From NCBI GenBank assembly GCA_964627245.1, contig CAZVGS010000002.1, positions 90,923 to 154,922 of the forward strand: 64,000 nucleotides of DNA, read 5' to 3'. Below, one piece after another: positions 1 through 9,579 of the stretch. A model generated the notes under the pieces. That model had not been told where the DNA came from. It was given only the letters and a program-made list of their open reading frames with translations, and made no database searches. Each line of letters opens with the position of its first letter. Position 1 is the stretch's first letter. The position numbers and the translations under genes are program-made. The stretch is from an uncultured Gammaproteobacteria bacterium (lineage in GTDB: Bacteria; Patescibacteriota; Microgenomatia; Levybacterales; GWA1-39-11).

Positions 1-42
1 AACTGTTGACATGGCAATTACAACATGCAGGAGAAGTATCAT
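1..42 (-). CDS. 5' end of a possible small membrane protein running off the window (MILLLHVVIAMSTV...)
   Basis: ATG at 42 on the minus strand; open hydrophobic frame to the window edge; only 14 codons visible. Confidence 0.3.
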   Translation of the reverse strand, partial: MILLLHVVIAMSTV

Positions 43-144
43 AAATCAATATTACTAAAAAGGTGAAATAAAGTCTACCAAGATCATAACGCAAATATAA
101 TATAAAACACCAAAGGAGGAAAAGAAAAAATATTATTGCCACCC

Positions 145-927
145 TTATTCATTTTTACAAGAATCTGATATACCCAAACCGTCTTCTAGAACATAGTCTC
201 CGATCCCGATTCTTTTTATTGATAAGGCGAATGCACCGCAAAAGATCTTCTCACCAACGTCTGATGCCAACTTTCTTACATATGTACCTGACGAACAAGA
301 TACTTTAATTTTAACAGTCCTAAATTTTTCCCCTGCGTATTTCTCTCCAAACCCCTCCCACCGTTTTATTATCTCATCTTGCCTAAAATCCCCCTTAACT
401 TCTCTAATTCTTTTAGTTATTTCCGCGACCAAATCACTACAAGATATAAAAGACAAACCAAGAACCTCCAATGAGTATATTTCGACCTCTTTTTCTGGAA
501 TTACGATTTCAGAAAGTTTATTTCTTCTTGACCACCAATAGAGCGGTTTTCCATTAACTGTCATCGAAGAGTAGTGGGGATACTTTTGCTTTTGTTTTCC
601 GATAAACGACTCCAAAGTCTTTTTAATATCTTCTCTGCCTATTTTTTTTATATTTACCTTTTCAATAATCCCAAGAGCATCGTACGTATCGGTTGTCACG
701 CCCAAAACAAACTCGGCTTCATAGTTTTTTGAAAGACTCTCATACTTTTTTCTATATTTATTCTCCTCTCCAACCAACAACAACAATAATCCATCAGCCA
801 TTGGGTCAAGCCGTCCAGCATAAGATATAGCTTCATTTCTATATTCAGAATTAATTTTCCTGAATTCATCGATCGCTTCAAGTGGAGTTGATCCTAACTT
901 CTTGTTAATTAAAATAATTTTTTTCAT
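145..927 (-). CDS. truB: tRNA pseudouridine(55) synthase TruB-like, no PUA domain
   Basis: Motifs INKKLGSTP, YAGRLDPMADGLL (catalytic Asp), GVTTDTYD, CSSGTYVR. Confidence 0.9.
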   Translation of the reverse strand: MKKIILINKKLGSTPLEAIDEFRKINSEYRNEAISYAGRLDPMADGLLLLLVGEENKYRKKYESLSKNYEAEFVLGVTTDTYDALGIIEKVNIKKIGREDIKKTLESFIGKQKQKYPHYSSMTVNGKPLYWWSRRNKLSEIVIPEKEVEIYSLEVLGLSFISCSDLVAEITKRIREVKGDFRQDEIIKRWEGFGEKYAGEKFRTVKIKVSCSSGTYVRKLASDVGEKIFCGAFALSIKRIGIGDYVLEDGLGISDSCKNE

Positions 928-1079
928 CGGGGTAGCAAGATTAAATAGAATCAGCTCTTCTTATAATCTCTTGAATATTTACCCCACATATCACAACCCA
1001 TTCCGTCAAGCTTGTTCTGACATAAAAAACAGATTCGCCAGCAAAAGTCACCTTCCACATAAGAATAAAGTATAACAAA

Positions 1080-1118
1080 CTAGCACTCGTTGACAATAAC
1101 TGCTAATTTAGCTACAAT
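1080..1118 (+). promoter_or_regulatory. CIRCE (HrcA operator) overlapping the sigma70 promoter of clpB
   Basis: CTAGCACTC-N9-AACTGCTAA (1080-1106) vs consensus TTAGCACTC-N9-GAGTGCTAA; TTGACA (1090-1095)-17 bp-TACAAT (1113-1118), 6 nt before the ATG. Confidence 0.8.
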
Positions 1119-1124
1119 ATTGTT

Positions 1125-3281
1125 ATGCCAGACCAGGACCTAGACTTCCTCAAACCCATAACGCCCGAAGAGGGCCTTAAAAAATTCACGATAGATCTAA
1201 CAGCCCAGGCAAAAGAAGGCAAGCTGGATCCCGTGATAGGCCGGGAGGAAGAAATAAGAAGAGTAATGGAAATACTCTCAAGAAGGACAAAAAACAACCC
1301 AATCCTAATTGGAGACCCAGGGGTAGGAAAAACTGCAATTGTCGAAGGGCTTGCGCAAAAAATTGTAGCAGGCAATGTCCCAACAACACTTCAAGATAAA
1401 ACTGTTCTTGTGTTGGATTTCGCTCAACTTTTAGCGGGTGCGAAATTTAGGGGTGAATTTGAAGAAAGACTAAAAGCAGTCGTTAAAGCAGTTGAGGAAT
1501 CTAATGGGGAGTATGTTGTCTTCATAGACGAACTGCATACACTTGTAGGAGGAGGGTCCTCTGATGGGGCGGTTGATGCGGCAAACATCTTAAAACCGTC
1601 TCTTGCCAGGGGGTTATTAAGGGTTGTGGGGGCCACAACAATTTCAGAATACAGAAAATACGTTGAGAGCGATCAAGCATTGGCAAGAAGATTTCAACCT
1701 GTAACTGTCAACGAGCCATCAATCGAAGACACTATATCCGTTCTTCGAGGTCTTAAAGAACGATATCAACTCCATCATGGGATAAGAATTACTGACAACG
1801 CGCTTATTGCTGCCGCAAAGCTTTCAGCTCAATATATTCCCCAAAGATTTTTGCCTGATAAGGCAATTGATCTTGTTGATGAGGCGGCCGCCGCGATAAA
1901 AATTGAAGCTGAAAGCATGCCGACAGAACTTGATGCCTTAAAAAGAAAGATTACAAGCCTTGAAATAGAGCTTGCAGCTCTAAGAAAGGAGAAGAGGGAT
2001 AGTGTTGAGATGAGGAGAAAAGAAGGAGAAAAAGAGCTTGAAGAGCTAAAAGTGAAAGCGGGAAAAATTGAAAACCGGTGGAAAGCCCAAGGGGAAATAA
2101 TAAAAACCATACAAGACAAAAGAGCAAAACTTGACGCTGCAAGGATAGAGTTGGAAAGAGCCCAACGCGAGGTAAACCTTCAAAGAGCAGCAGAGCTAGC
2201 GTATGGAACAATTCCAAACCTTGAAAAGGAGATCGAGAAGAATCAAGAGGAGTGGAGTAAAATTCCACAAGACGAGAGGGCTTTGCGTGAGGAGGTTGAT
2301 GAAGATGATATCGCCAAGGTTGTCGCAAGATGGACAGGCATTCCAGTAACCAGACTTCTATCGACCGAGTCAGAAAAACTTTCACACCTTGAAGAGGAGT
2401 TATCAAAAAGAGTAATTGGGCAGAAAGAGGCATTAAGCACATTGTCTAAAGCCATAAGAAGATCTAGAACGGGACTTGGAGCAAAAGATAAGCCAATAGG
2501 ATCTTTTCTTTTTTTGGGTCCGACGGGTGTTGGCAAAACGGAAACCGCAAAGGCTTTAGCCGAAATTCTTTTTTCAGATGAACACGCTATAACAAGAATC
2601 GACATGAGTGAATATCAAGAGGCGCATAGCGTTGCTCGACTTATTGGTGCGCCTCCAGGATATGTAGGCCACGAAGAAGGCGGTCAGCTAACAGAAGCTG
2701 TTAGAAGAAAGCCTTATTCTGTCGTATTGATTGATGAAATCGAAAAAGCCCATCCTCAAGTTTTTAATCTGTTCCTGCAGATATTTGATGAGGGAAGACT
2801 TACTGACAGCACAGGCAAAACAATAGATTTTAAAAATGCGATTATTATTATGACTTCAAATTTGGGTAGTGAATTAGTTCTTGAAAGTAAAAACAGAGAG
2901 GATCTTAAAACAAAAATCAACTCGGCCCTACACAAATTTTTCAGACCAGAGTTTCTTAACAGAATTGACGCAACTGTTATATACAGCAAGCTGACAGAGC
3001 AAGAAATAAAAGATATTTCCCGCCTGCAGCTTGAACGGGTTGCGAAAAGACTCGAAGAATCAAACATCAAGCTGGATATTACGAATGAGCTCATCGATCA
3101 CTTTGCAAAAAAAGGATTCGACCCAATATTTGGGGCTAGACCTCTTAAGCGCAACATCGAAGATGAACTTGTTGATAAAATTGCCATGCAAATTCTTGAA
3201 AACCAGATAAAACCTGGTGATACAGTTGAGGCAAAACCAAAAGGCAAAGATTTGGAAGTTGCCCCACAGTTTAAGAACTGA
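1125..3281 (+). CDS. clpB: ATP-dependent chaperone ClpB lacking the N-terminal Clp-repeat domain
   Basis: Two AAA+ modules ([14 protein letters not shown]; [14 protein letters not shown]), KFRG and GYVG pore loops, long coiled-coil middle domain; NBD1 begins within ~20 aa of the start. Confidence 0.93.
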   Translation: MPDQDLDFLKPITPEEGLKKFTIDLTAQAKEGKLDPVIGREEEIRRVMEILSRRTKNNPILIGDPGVGKTAIVEGLAQKIVAGNVPTTLQDKTVLVLDFAQLLAGAKFRGEFEERLKAVVKAVEESNGEYVVFIDELHTLVGGGSSDGAVDAANILKPSLARGLLRVVGATTISEYRKYVESDQALARRFQPVTVNEPSIEDTISVLRGLKERYQLHHGIRITDNALIAAAKLSAQYIPQRFLPDKAIDLVDEAAAAIKIEAESMPTELDALKRKITSLEIELAALRKEKRDSVEMRRKEGEKELEELKVKAGKIENRWKAQGEIIKTIQDKRAKLDAARIELERAQREVNLQRAAELAYGTIPNLEKEIEKNQEEWSKIPQDERALREEVDEDDIAKVVARWTGIPVTRLLSTESEKLSHLEEELSKRVIGQKEALSTLSKAIRRSRTGLGAKDKPIGSFLFLGPTGVGKTETAKALAEILFSDEHAITRIDMSEYQEAHSVARLIGAPPGYVGHEEGGQLTEAVRRKPYSVVLIDEIEKAHPQVFNLFLQIFDEGRLTDSTGKTIDFKNAIIIMTSNLGSELVLESKNREDLKTKINSALHKFFRPEFLNRIDATVIYSKLTEQEIKDISRLQLERVAKRLEESNIKLDITNELIDHFAKKGFDPIFGARPLKRNIEDELVDKIAMQILENQIKPGDTVEAKPKGKDLEVAPQFKN

Positions 3282-3316
3282 TTTTAATTTAACTCCTTTT
3301 AAGCTAAAATAGGGTC

Positions 3317-4303
3317 ATGCTTAGAACTCTTTTTGAATATTTACAAAAAAACCAATTCATAGCTGGTCTGGTTCTTCTTGGGTTAGTTCTTATTATTTAT
3401 CAGCTAAAAGAGATTATCGCAGTCATTTTTATGGCTTATATAATTGTTGCAGCCCTCAATCCCGTGGTTAATTTTTTGAGAAAGAGGAAGGTTCCTAACT
3501 CTGTAGCGGTAATGCTTACTTTTTTTACGACTCTTTGTCTTTTTGTGTTGCTGATCGCCCCCTTAGTGCCTTTTTTAACCCAGCAGATCCAATCTCTAGG
3601 TACAAGATTTCCGTTCTTCCTACAGCAGGCAGCTACGTCTATTGGCATCTCCCTTAATTCTGATGACCTCGGGAAAATTTTTACGGGAGAACAGATTGGC
3701 CAGAATGCATTTGCGCTTGCCGGGGGAGTTTTCGGTGGATTTTTCACTATAGTTTCAACAATTGCCATAAGTTTTTATCTGCTTCTTTCTTATGAAAAGG
3801 CAAAATCCGGAGTCTCAAAACTCTTTGCAGAAAAACATCAGCAAAGAGCAGGGGAGATAATTGAGCAAGTAAATGATAAGCTGGGGGCTTGGCTTCAGGG
3901 ACAGCTTTTACTATCTTTGTCTATCGGTCTTTTAACGTGGGTTAGCCTTACCATCTTACAGGTTCCATTTGCCCTTCCATTGGCAGTTCTTGCAGGAATA
4001 TTTGAAATTGTGCCAACTGTTGGGCCAATTATTGCCGCAGTTCCTGCCGTCATAGTAGCTCTTACAATTTCGCCTAATATGGCACTGATAATTATTGCTC
4101 TTTATATAGGTATTCAAATGCTTGAGAACCATCTCCTGGTTCCCCGAATTATGCAAAGAGCAGTGGGTCTTAATCCCGTTATAGTGATTTTGGGAGTAAT
4201 AATAGGGGGAAATCTTATGGGAATTGCAGGGGCGCTTCTTTCAGTCCCATTCATCTCCCTTATTGTTTTGACCTTGAGAAATTTAGAAAAATCCAGAGAA
4301 TAG
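3317..4303 (+). CDS. AI-2E family (PerM/TqsA) transporter
   Basis: Multi-TM protein with IVPTVGPII, QMLENHLLVPRIM...VGLNP, GIAGALLSVP motifs. Confidence 0.88.
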   Translation: MLRTLFEYLQKNQFIAGLVLLGLVLIIYQLKEIIAVIFMAYIIVAALNPVVNFLRKRKVPNSVAVMLTFFTTLCLFVLLIAPLVPFLTQQIQSLGTRFPFFLQQAATSIGISLNSDDLGKIFTGEQIGQNAFALAGGVFGGFFTIVSTIAISFYLLLSYEKAKSGVSKLFAEKHQQRAGEIIEQVNDKLGAWLQGQLLLSLSIGLLTWVSLTILQVPFALPLAVLAGIFEIVPTVGPIIAAVPAVIVALTISPNMALIIIALYIGIQMLENHLLVPRIMQRAVGLNPVIVILGVIIGGNLMGIAGALLSVPFISLIVLTLRNLEKSRE

Positions 4304-4307
4304 GCTC

Positions 4308-4336
4308 TTGACAAAAAGTTATCCACATTACATACT
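4308..4336 (+). promoter_or_regulatory. dnaA promoter with a perfect DnaA box in the spacer (autoregulation)
   Basis: TTGACA (4308-4313)-17 bp-CATACT (4331-4336); TTATCCACA at 4319-4327. Confidence 0.75.
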
Positions 4337-4381
4337 GTAACGATCCTAAAAGGTACGGCCGCCCAACACTTCTGAAATCTT

Positions 4382-5716
4382 ATGGACGAACTCTGGAAAA
4401 AAACACTTGAAGAAATTGAACTTGAGGTTTCAAAACCGCGCTTTGTTACTTTTTTCAAGCAAACCCAACTGGTATCAATAGAAGGGGATGTCGCGACAAT
4501 CTCTTCGCCTAACTATATGGCAAGCGCTTACATTGAGAAAAATTATTATTCTCTTGTTAAAAGAGCTTTGGACAAATATTCTGAAAAGAACCTAAGCCTT
4601 GTCTTTGTAACAAATTCAAAAGAAACACTAACCACTGACGGAGGACCTCTTTTTTCAAGCTCTGTAATAAAAAAAGCCGAGAAAAAACCCCTTGCCCGAA
4701 TACGGGAGGACTTCACCTTTGACACTTTCGCAGTTTCTGACAGCAATCAGCTGGCTTATACAGCGGCTATGGCTGTTGCGGAGGACCCCGGAGGAAAATA
4801 CAACCCCTTATTTCTATATGGAACTGTGGGGGTTGGAAAAACACATCTTATGAATTCCATAGCCAACATTGTTCACCAAAAAAAGGGAGGGGCGAGTATT
4901 ATCTACCTGACAACGGAGGAATTCACCAATGAAGTTGTCGAGGCCATACAATTCAAAACAACACAGCAATTAAGAAGAAAGTTCAGAAACGCAGACCTGT
5001 TACTGCTTGACGATATTCAATTTCTAACGGGTAAGGAAAAAGTTCAAGAAGAGCTTTTTCACACATTTAATGCTCTCATCGACAGAAAGGGTCAGGTCAT
5101 CTTCTCCTCAGACCGTCCCCCTCATGAATTAAGAAAAATCGAAGCTAGGCTGGCGTCCAGATTTGAGGGCGGCCTTACGGTTGATATTGAACCTCCCGAT
5201 TTTGAATTAAGAACAGCAATCCTCTTGATAAAAAGCGCAAAGTTCGGTTTTTCATTAACGCCTGACCTTGCAAAAATTATTGCACAAAAAGTTTCTGACT
5301 CAAGAGGGCTTGAGGGATTTTTACTAAAACTCTCATCTCTCTTATCAACCTCCAATTCCCCGGTCGTTACCGAAGAACTTATAAAGAAGTGCTTAGGCAA
5401 AAGCAGACAGGAAAAAACGGTTGTTCATCCAGACGATTTAATTAATGCTGTTTGTGAATTTTATGACATAAAGCAAACCCAGCTTAAGGGATCCAAGAGA
5501 GATGCTTCCCTGGTCAGGCCCAGACACATATGCATGTTTTTATTGAAAGAGCAGGGACTTACCTTTGTTGAAATAGGAAACCTTCTTGGAGGAAGAGATC
5601 ACACAACGGTTATGCACGGTGTGGAAAAGATTTCCAAGATGAGCCCAAAGACACCCTTTCTAAATGAGGAAATCATGTCGATAAAAAAGAGCATTACCAA
5701 CACTTATCTACAATGA
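4382..5716 (+). CDS. dnaA: Chromosomal replication initiator DnaA
   Basis: YNPLFLYGTVGVGKTHL, LLLDDIQF, QEELFHTFN, C-terminal GGRDHTTVMH. Confidence 0.98.
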   Translation: MDELWKKTLEEIELEVSKPRFVTFFKQTQLVSIEGDVATISSPNYMASAYIEKNYYSLVKRALDKYSEKNLSLVFVTNSKETLTTDGGPLFSSSVIKKAEKKPLARIREDFTFDTFAVSDSNQLAYTAAMAVAEDPGGKYNPLFLYGTVGVGKTHLMNSIANIVHQKKGGASIIYLTTEEFTNEVVEAIQFKTTQQLRRKFRNADLLLLDDIQFLTGKEKVQEELFHTFNALIDRKGQVIFSSDRPPHELRKIEARLASRFEGGLTVDIEPPDFELRTAILLIKSAKFGFSLTPDLAKIIAQKVSDSRGLEGFLLKLSSLLSTSNSPVVTEELIKKCLGKSRQEKTVVHPDDLINAVCEFYDIKQTQLKGSKRDASLVRPRHICMFLLKEQGLTFVEIGNLLGGRDHTTVMHGVEKISKMSPKTPFLNEEIMSIKKSITNTYLQ

Positions 5717-5844
5717 AAAAACACAAACCGGGTTATAAACAAATTATCAACAATATTATCAACAAGATATCCACATTTTACTCACCTCGCCCTTTTGCTT
5801 TTATACACTTATCCACCTATACTACTACTGCTACTATTTAATAT
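5717..5844 (+). other. Replication origin oriC (DnaA boxes plus DnaA-trio unwinding element)
   Basis: Co-oriented boxes TTATAAACA 5733, TTATCAACA 5744 and 5756, ATATCCACA 5767, TTATACACT 5801, TTATCCACC 5809, followed by TAT-ACT-ACT-ACT-GCT-ACT-ATT trios (5818-5838), between dnaA and dnaN. Confidence 0.88.
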
Positions 5845-6945
5845 ATGAAAGTATCTTTTCTTCCAGAAAACATAATTAAATATTTACCACTTATCAACAA
5901 GGCTCTACCATCCCACACACAGGTTCCAATCCTTTCAAACGTTTTATTAAAAGCTACAAAAGAAGGGTTGACCCTTGAAGCAACAGATCTTGAAATCGGG
6001 GTAAGGATTAAAATACCGTCAAAAATAGAAGAAGAAGGTTCAATAACGGTTCCCGGTAAAGAGTTCCTTGAAACAATAAACTCCCTTCCCAAGGAAAAAA
6101 TTTTATTAGAAAAAGACAAAGACTTACTTGTTTTAACCTGCATGGATAGCCGGGCTGTTTTTAATACAATTTCAGGTGAGGAATTCCCCCAACTATTAAA
6201 GGAAAAAGGAGACTTGGTTTTTAGGATGAAGAGAGAACAATTTGTCAGCGTTTTTTCAAACATTACGTTTTCAGTCTCACAGGAGGAATCAAGACCCCAG
6301 TTAACAGGGGTCTTTATTGAGGTTGTTGATGACGGGGTTAATTTTGTATCAACGGACGGTTACAGGATGACGATGAAGAAAATAAAAGAAAAAGAAGTAA
6401 AGAGAAAAGAAGGATTAATAGTTTCCGTCAAGCTTATAAATGAAGTAATTTCTCTTAAAGGAAGTGAGGATATAAGTCTTTTTGTAAATGAGAAAGAAAG
6501 CCAGGTGATTTTTGAAGTGGGAGACGTGCTTGTTATTGGAAGAATGATAGGAGGGGTCTTTCCTGATTATTTGAATGTATTACCAAAAAAATCCTTAACA
6601 AATATAGTTTTTGATAGGGAGGGGTTGCTTCAGAATGTCAAGCTAGCATCGGTTTTTGCAAAAGATAGTAGTAATATCGTAACGTTAAAAATAAAAAATG
6701 GAATTGTTTCTGTTGAAACAAAAACCCAAGGCATTGGAAGCGGGGAGGCAAGCGTCGATTGTGATCAAAAAGGGGAAGATGTACAAATAACTTTTAACAT
6801 CAAGTATCTGTCAGATGTTTTAAAAGCGGCTAATGGTAAAACGATAAAAATGGGTCTCAACTCATCTTCAGAACCCGCTTTGTTTGAAGACAAGGAATTT
6901 TTACACGTTATTATGCCCATTCAGGTGGAAGGGTTGGGTGGGTAG
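5845..6945 (+). CDS. dnaN: DNA polymerase III beta sliding clamp
   Basis: PILSNVLL, ATDLEI, SRPQLTGV, STDGYRM, FPDY, VIMPI; position after dnaA. Confidence 0.97.
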   Translation: MKVSFLPENIIKYLPLINKALPSHTQVPILSNVLLKATKEGLTLEATDLEIGVRIKIPSKIEEEGSITVPGKEFLETINSLPKEKILLEKDKDLLVLTCMDSRAVFNTISGEEFPQLLKEKGDLVFRMKREQFVSVFSNITFSVSQEESRPQLTGVFIEVVDDGVNFVSTDGYRMTMKKIKEKEVKRKEGLIVSVKLINEVISLKGSEDISLFVNEKESQVIFEVGDVLVIGRMIGGVFPDYLNVLPKKSLTNIVFDREGLLQNVKLASVFAKDSSNIVTLKIKNGIVSVETKTQGIGSGEASVDCDQKGEDVQITFNIKYLSDVLKAANGKTIKMGLNSSSEPALFEDKEFLHVIMPIQVEGLGG

Positions 6946-7434
6946 CTATTCTATGTCGAAGACTCCGCTTGGAACAGGTGGAACGTCTATTATTAGTGTA
7001 TATTCGTAGGGTGTGTAAAGTCTTTTATTTGATGTAGACACTGTTGTTGTGAGGATGGTTACTCTTGTGCTTCCAAGTTGCCATTTTGTCTTTGGGATTA
7101 TGTGGATTGTTTTTTTATCTTCTCCACCCCTAACGAAAACATCTGTTTGTGGTTCTATTTCATAGCGTAGATCTATTGGTCTAATTTCCTCGCTGAATCT
7201 GAGAGTGATTTTTTGAAAAGTGAGATATGGTTCAGTTGGGTTTTGGGGAGGAAGAGCGTTTTGTATGAAGAGGTCGGTGGGCTCAGGTGTGATAGTCGGT
7301 ACAACCGTAATAGTTGTTTTTGGGTAATCCGTGACGGGATCTGGTTTTTTGGAAAAAAAGAATATCAATAGAAGGAAAAGTGTAGCTAGAAGAATGCCAG
7401 AACTAAATATTAATAATTTTTTATTCATTTTCAT
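6946..7434 (-). CDS. Membrane-anchored protein with Ig-like (SbsA/Big_5-like) domain
   Basis: N-terminal TM, P/T linker, ITLRFSEEI...IHIIPKTKW beta-sandwich pattern. Confidence 0.6.
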   Translation of the reverse strand: MKMNKKLLIFSSGILLATLFLLLIFFFSKKPDPVTDYPKTTITVVPTITPEPTDLFIQNALPPQNPTEPYLTFQKITLRFSEEIRPIDLRYEIEPQTDVFVRGGEDKKTIHIIPKTKWQLGSTRVTILTTTVSTSNKRLYTPYEYTLIIDVPPVPSGVFDIE

Positions 7435-7437
7435 TTT

Positions 7438-8058
7438 TTATTTACAAAAATAATTTGGCGCGTCTTGCCACGATTGGTTACCTGAGTTATCTATTTTTGC
7501 AAACTCGATGTGCAGGTGGGGACCGGATCCTGTGCTACACCCCGATTGGCAAATCTGAGCTCCTTTTTCTCCAGAGTAAATTTCCCCCCCGCCACTTCCG
7601 GGAGCAGTGTGGTGGAACTGTATCCAGTATTGGTCTTGGGTCTCCTCATCGGTTCCCCCATAGTATTGTATGGCCGTTATTCCATCGGGTCCAATGGTTT
7701 GGTGGCTAAAAGTCCATCTTATTTTTTTCCCGTTAACAAGGGGCATATAAACTGGATCTAGTGGTTGGGCGCCTATGTCCATCGCGTAAGCAAGGCTATT
7801 GTAGTTGCAAGGATAGCTTTCGTATCCAATTCCGCAATGCCCACAACCTGGGACAGGTACAGACCTGCTGCCGCAGGTGATGTTTCCGTTTGGAATCGGA
7901 CAGGAGGTTGCGTCTATGCTTTCGGGGCCACTAGAGCCTTGGGGGGGACTCCCGACTTTAGTTGTAACAGTGTTTGAGCTGTGCTCTTGAGAATAAGCAG
8001 CGACCGTTAAGAGAACCACTAATAGCAAGGGCAGTGTTAGAATGATTATTTTTTTCAT
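7438..8058 (-). CDS. Secreted Cys-rich protein with M23 peptidase-like C-terminus
   Basis: Signal peptide; AMDIGA...PVYMP, FHH and STGSGPHLHIEF motifs; His of HxxxD not evident. Confidence 0.6.
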   Translation of the reverse strand: MKKIIILTLPLLLVVLLTVAAYSQEHSSNTVTTKVGSPPQGSSGPESIDATSCPIPNGNITCGSRSVPVPGCGHCGIGYESYPCNYNSLAYAMDIGAQPLDPVYMPLVNGKKIRWTFSHQTIGPDGITAIQYYGGTDEETQDQYWIQFHHTAPGSGGGEIYSGEKGAQICQSGCSTGSGPHLHIEFAKIDNSGNQSWQDAPNYFCK

Positions 8059-8588
8059 GGACAAAAATCGGGATACGGGCCGAATTTTTCGTTATCTGGT
8101 ATGGATTTTGCAATCTCAAAATTTAAGTAAAACATTAAGGGGAGTTTGCATATCCCCTCGTCGCTAAAGCCTTTTTGCCTTAAGAAAGAGATAACGTCTT
8201 CTTTTGCTTTGGAAATTTGAGTAGTGATAATTTCAGCCTCAAAATCATTTGGTGCTTTTACATACTCCAGTCTGTAGGAGTTGGTGGAATTGATTATTCC
8301 CGAGTTTCCGTCAAGCTCTGAAATAATTTGACTTCTTAAGGTTTTGTCTGCTGTCAGGCCTGGCGTTGGTCTTGTGGTTACAACCACCAGCAGCTTGTCT
8401 GTTGATTCCTTGCTATATTCAACAACAGGATCATCTATTTTCCTTTCATTGCTAGCGGTGGATGTAGGGGATGGCGATTCTGTTGACGTGTCTTCTCCCC
8501 CATTCTTCAGGCTCTCAAGGAAGGTTATTCCTATGAGAATGAGTATAAAAAGAAAAATTCCGGTTCCGATTGCAAAAATTCTTTTCAT
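8055..8588 (-). CDS. Single-TM hypothetical protein of the T4SS-like locus
   Basis: N-terminal TM, S/T/P linker; ATGA overlap with the downstream gene. Confidence 0.6.
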   Translation of the reverse strand: MKRIFAIGTGIFLFILILIGITFLESLKNGGEDTSTESPSPTSTASNERKIDDPVVEYSKESTDKLLVVVTTRPTPGLTADKTLRSQIISELDGNSGIINSTNSYRLEYVKAPNDFEAEIITTQISKAKEDVISFLRQKGFSDEGICKLPLMFYLNFEIAKSIPDNEKFGPYPDFCP

Positions 8589-8589
8589 G

Positions 8590-9573
8590 TTAATTACTTG
8601 CGCACCCCCAATACGCAAAAGATGAGTTTATTAGATCTCTATTATATGTTACCGCATTTGATGTTTGAGAACTCCAGCCGACATCTCCATGGTCAAATTG
8701 TCCATTCCTCCCTTGTCCCATTTGAAAAAGTCCCCATGCTCCGACCGGATCAACGGCTGAGCCGTTGTACGCATTTGGATTGTACCCGCTTTCACAGGGC
8801 ACAATCTCGAAATACCATTTGTTAGCATTGCTAGGGTCAAGGCTTTGGAGGAGTCTGAATAGTGCATCTTTCGTGAATTGGCAGTCCGGATCACCAAAAT
8901 TTGCGCCAATAGGACTTGTTGCTAAGTTGTATTTCCCGCTGCAGCTGTTAGCGGTAGGATTTGCTCCGGCAGATGCACCCGATGCAACACCTGCATAGAC
9001 CGTATTTGTGATAAGTATATCGGGAGCCGTTGGGCGGAGGGTAAATGTAAAAGAATTTTGGTTTTGAGACATGGGCCAGGATATTTGGCCATTTTCGTAT
9101 GTATATGCTCCGGTCGCTTCAACAAAAGAAGTGTTGTCGGGTAAGATGTCGTAAACGACGATATCTGAAAGTGGCGTAGTCGCAACCGAGGGATTATAGG
9201 TTACGCTCACGGTGTACTGCAACTGCTCTCCATTATTTATTTCAACAGGGCCAGTCAGGGTCAGCGTTAGGCCCGGAATTGTTTGTTTGGGTTGAGATGA
9301 GTCTGTTGGAAGCGTTGGGATTGACCCTCCGGGAATTGGGTCCATAAGTCCGAAAACGATTGAAAAAAAGGCTAGAGCAAGAAGCGCGCCGATAATTATT
9401 GCACCTAAAGTCAGCGGCCCTCCGGGGAGAAAGCTGAACAGCCATCGAGCCGCTTGTATTAATTTTTTCCCCGTGCGGTATATTTTTTTTAGATTTTCTA
9501 CAGAGTCGGAGACGCTTTGTCCATCACGCTTTTTTTGATCTTTTTCATTATCAATACTTGCGATGTTTTCCAT
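8590..9573 (-). CDS. Membrane protein with DUF11 Ig-like domain and C-terminal lytic transglycosylase (SLT, VirB1-like)
   Basis: LQYTVSVT...DIVVYDILPDNTSFVEA (DUF11); CESGYNPNA...AWGLFQM (SLT catalytic Glu and GLxQ motif). Confidence 0.75.
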   Translation of the reverse strand: MENIASIDNEKDQKKRDGQSVSDSVENLKKIYRTGKKLIQAARWLFSFLPGGPLTLGAIIIGALLALAFFSIVFGLMDPIPGGSIPTLPTDSSQPKQTIPGLTLTLTGPVEINNGEQLQYTVSVTYNPSVATTPLSDIVVYDILPDNTSFVEATGAYTYENGQISWPMSQNQNSFTFTLRPTAPDILITNTVYAGVASGASAGANPTANSCSGKYNLATSPIGANFGDPDCQFTKDALFRLLQSLDPSNANKWYFEIVPCESGYNPNAYNGSAVDPVGAWGLFQMGQGRNGQFDHGDVGWSSQTSNAVTYNRDLINSSFAYWGCASN

Positions 9574-9579
9574 AAGGCT

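Noticed and set aside
928-1060. Short minus-strand ORF between truB and the clpB promoter
   Set aside because: Under 40 codons with no motif; cannot be supported
1112-3094. Numerous antisense ORFs within clpB, and similar shadow ORFs throughout the window
   Set aside because: Fully nested opposite well-supported genes; typical codon-bias shadows
5818-5838. (ACT)n trinucleotide run as a microsatellite
   Set aside because: Position after DnaA boxes identifies it as DnaA-trios of oriC
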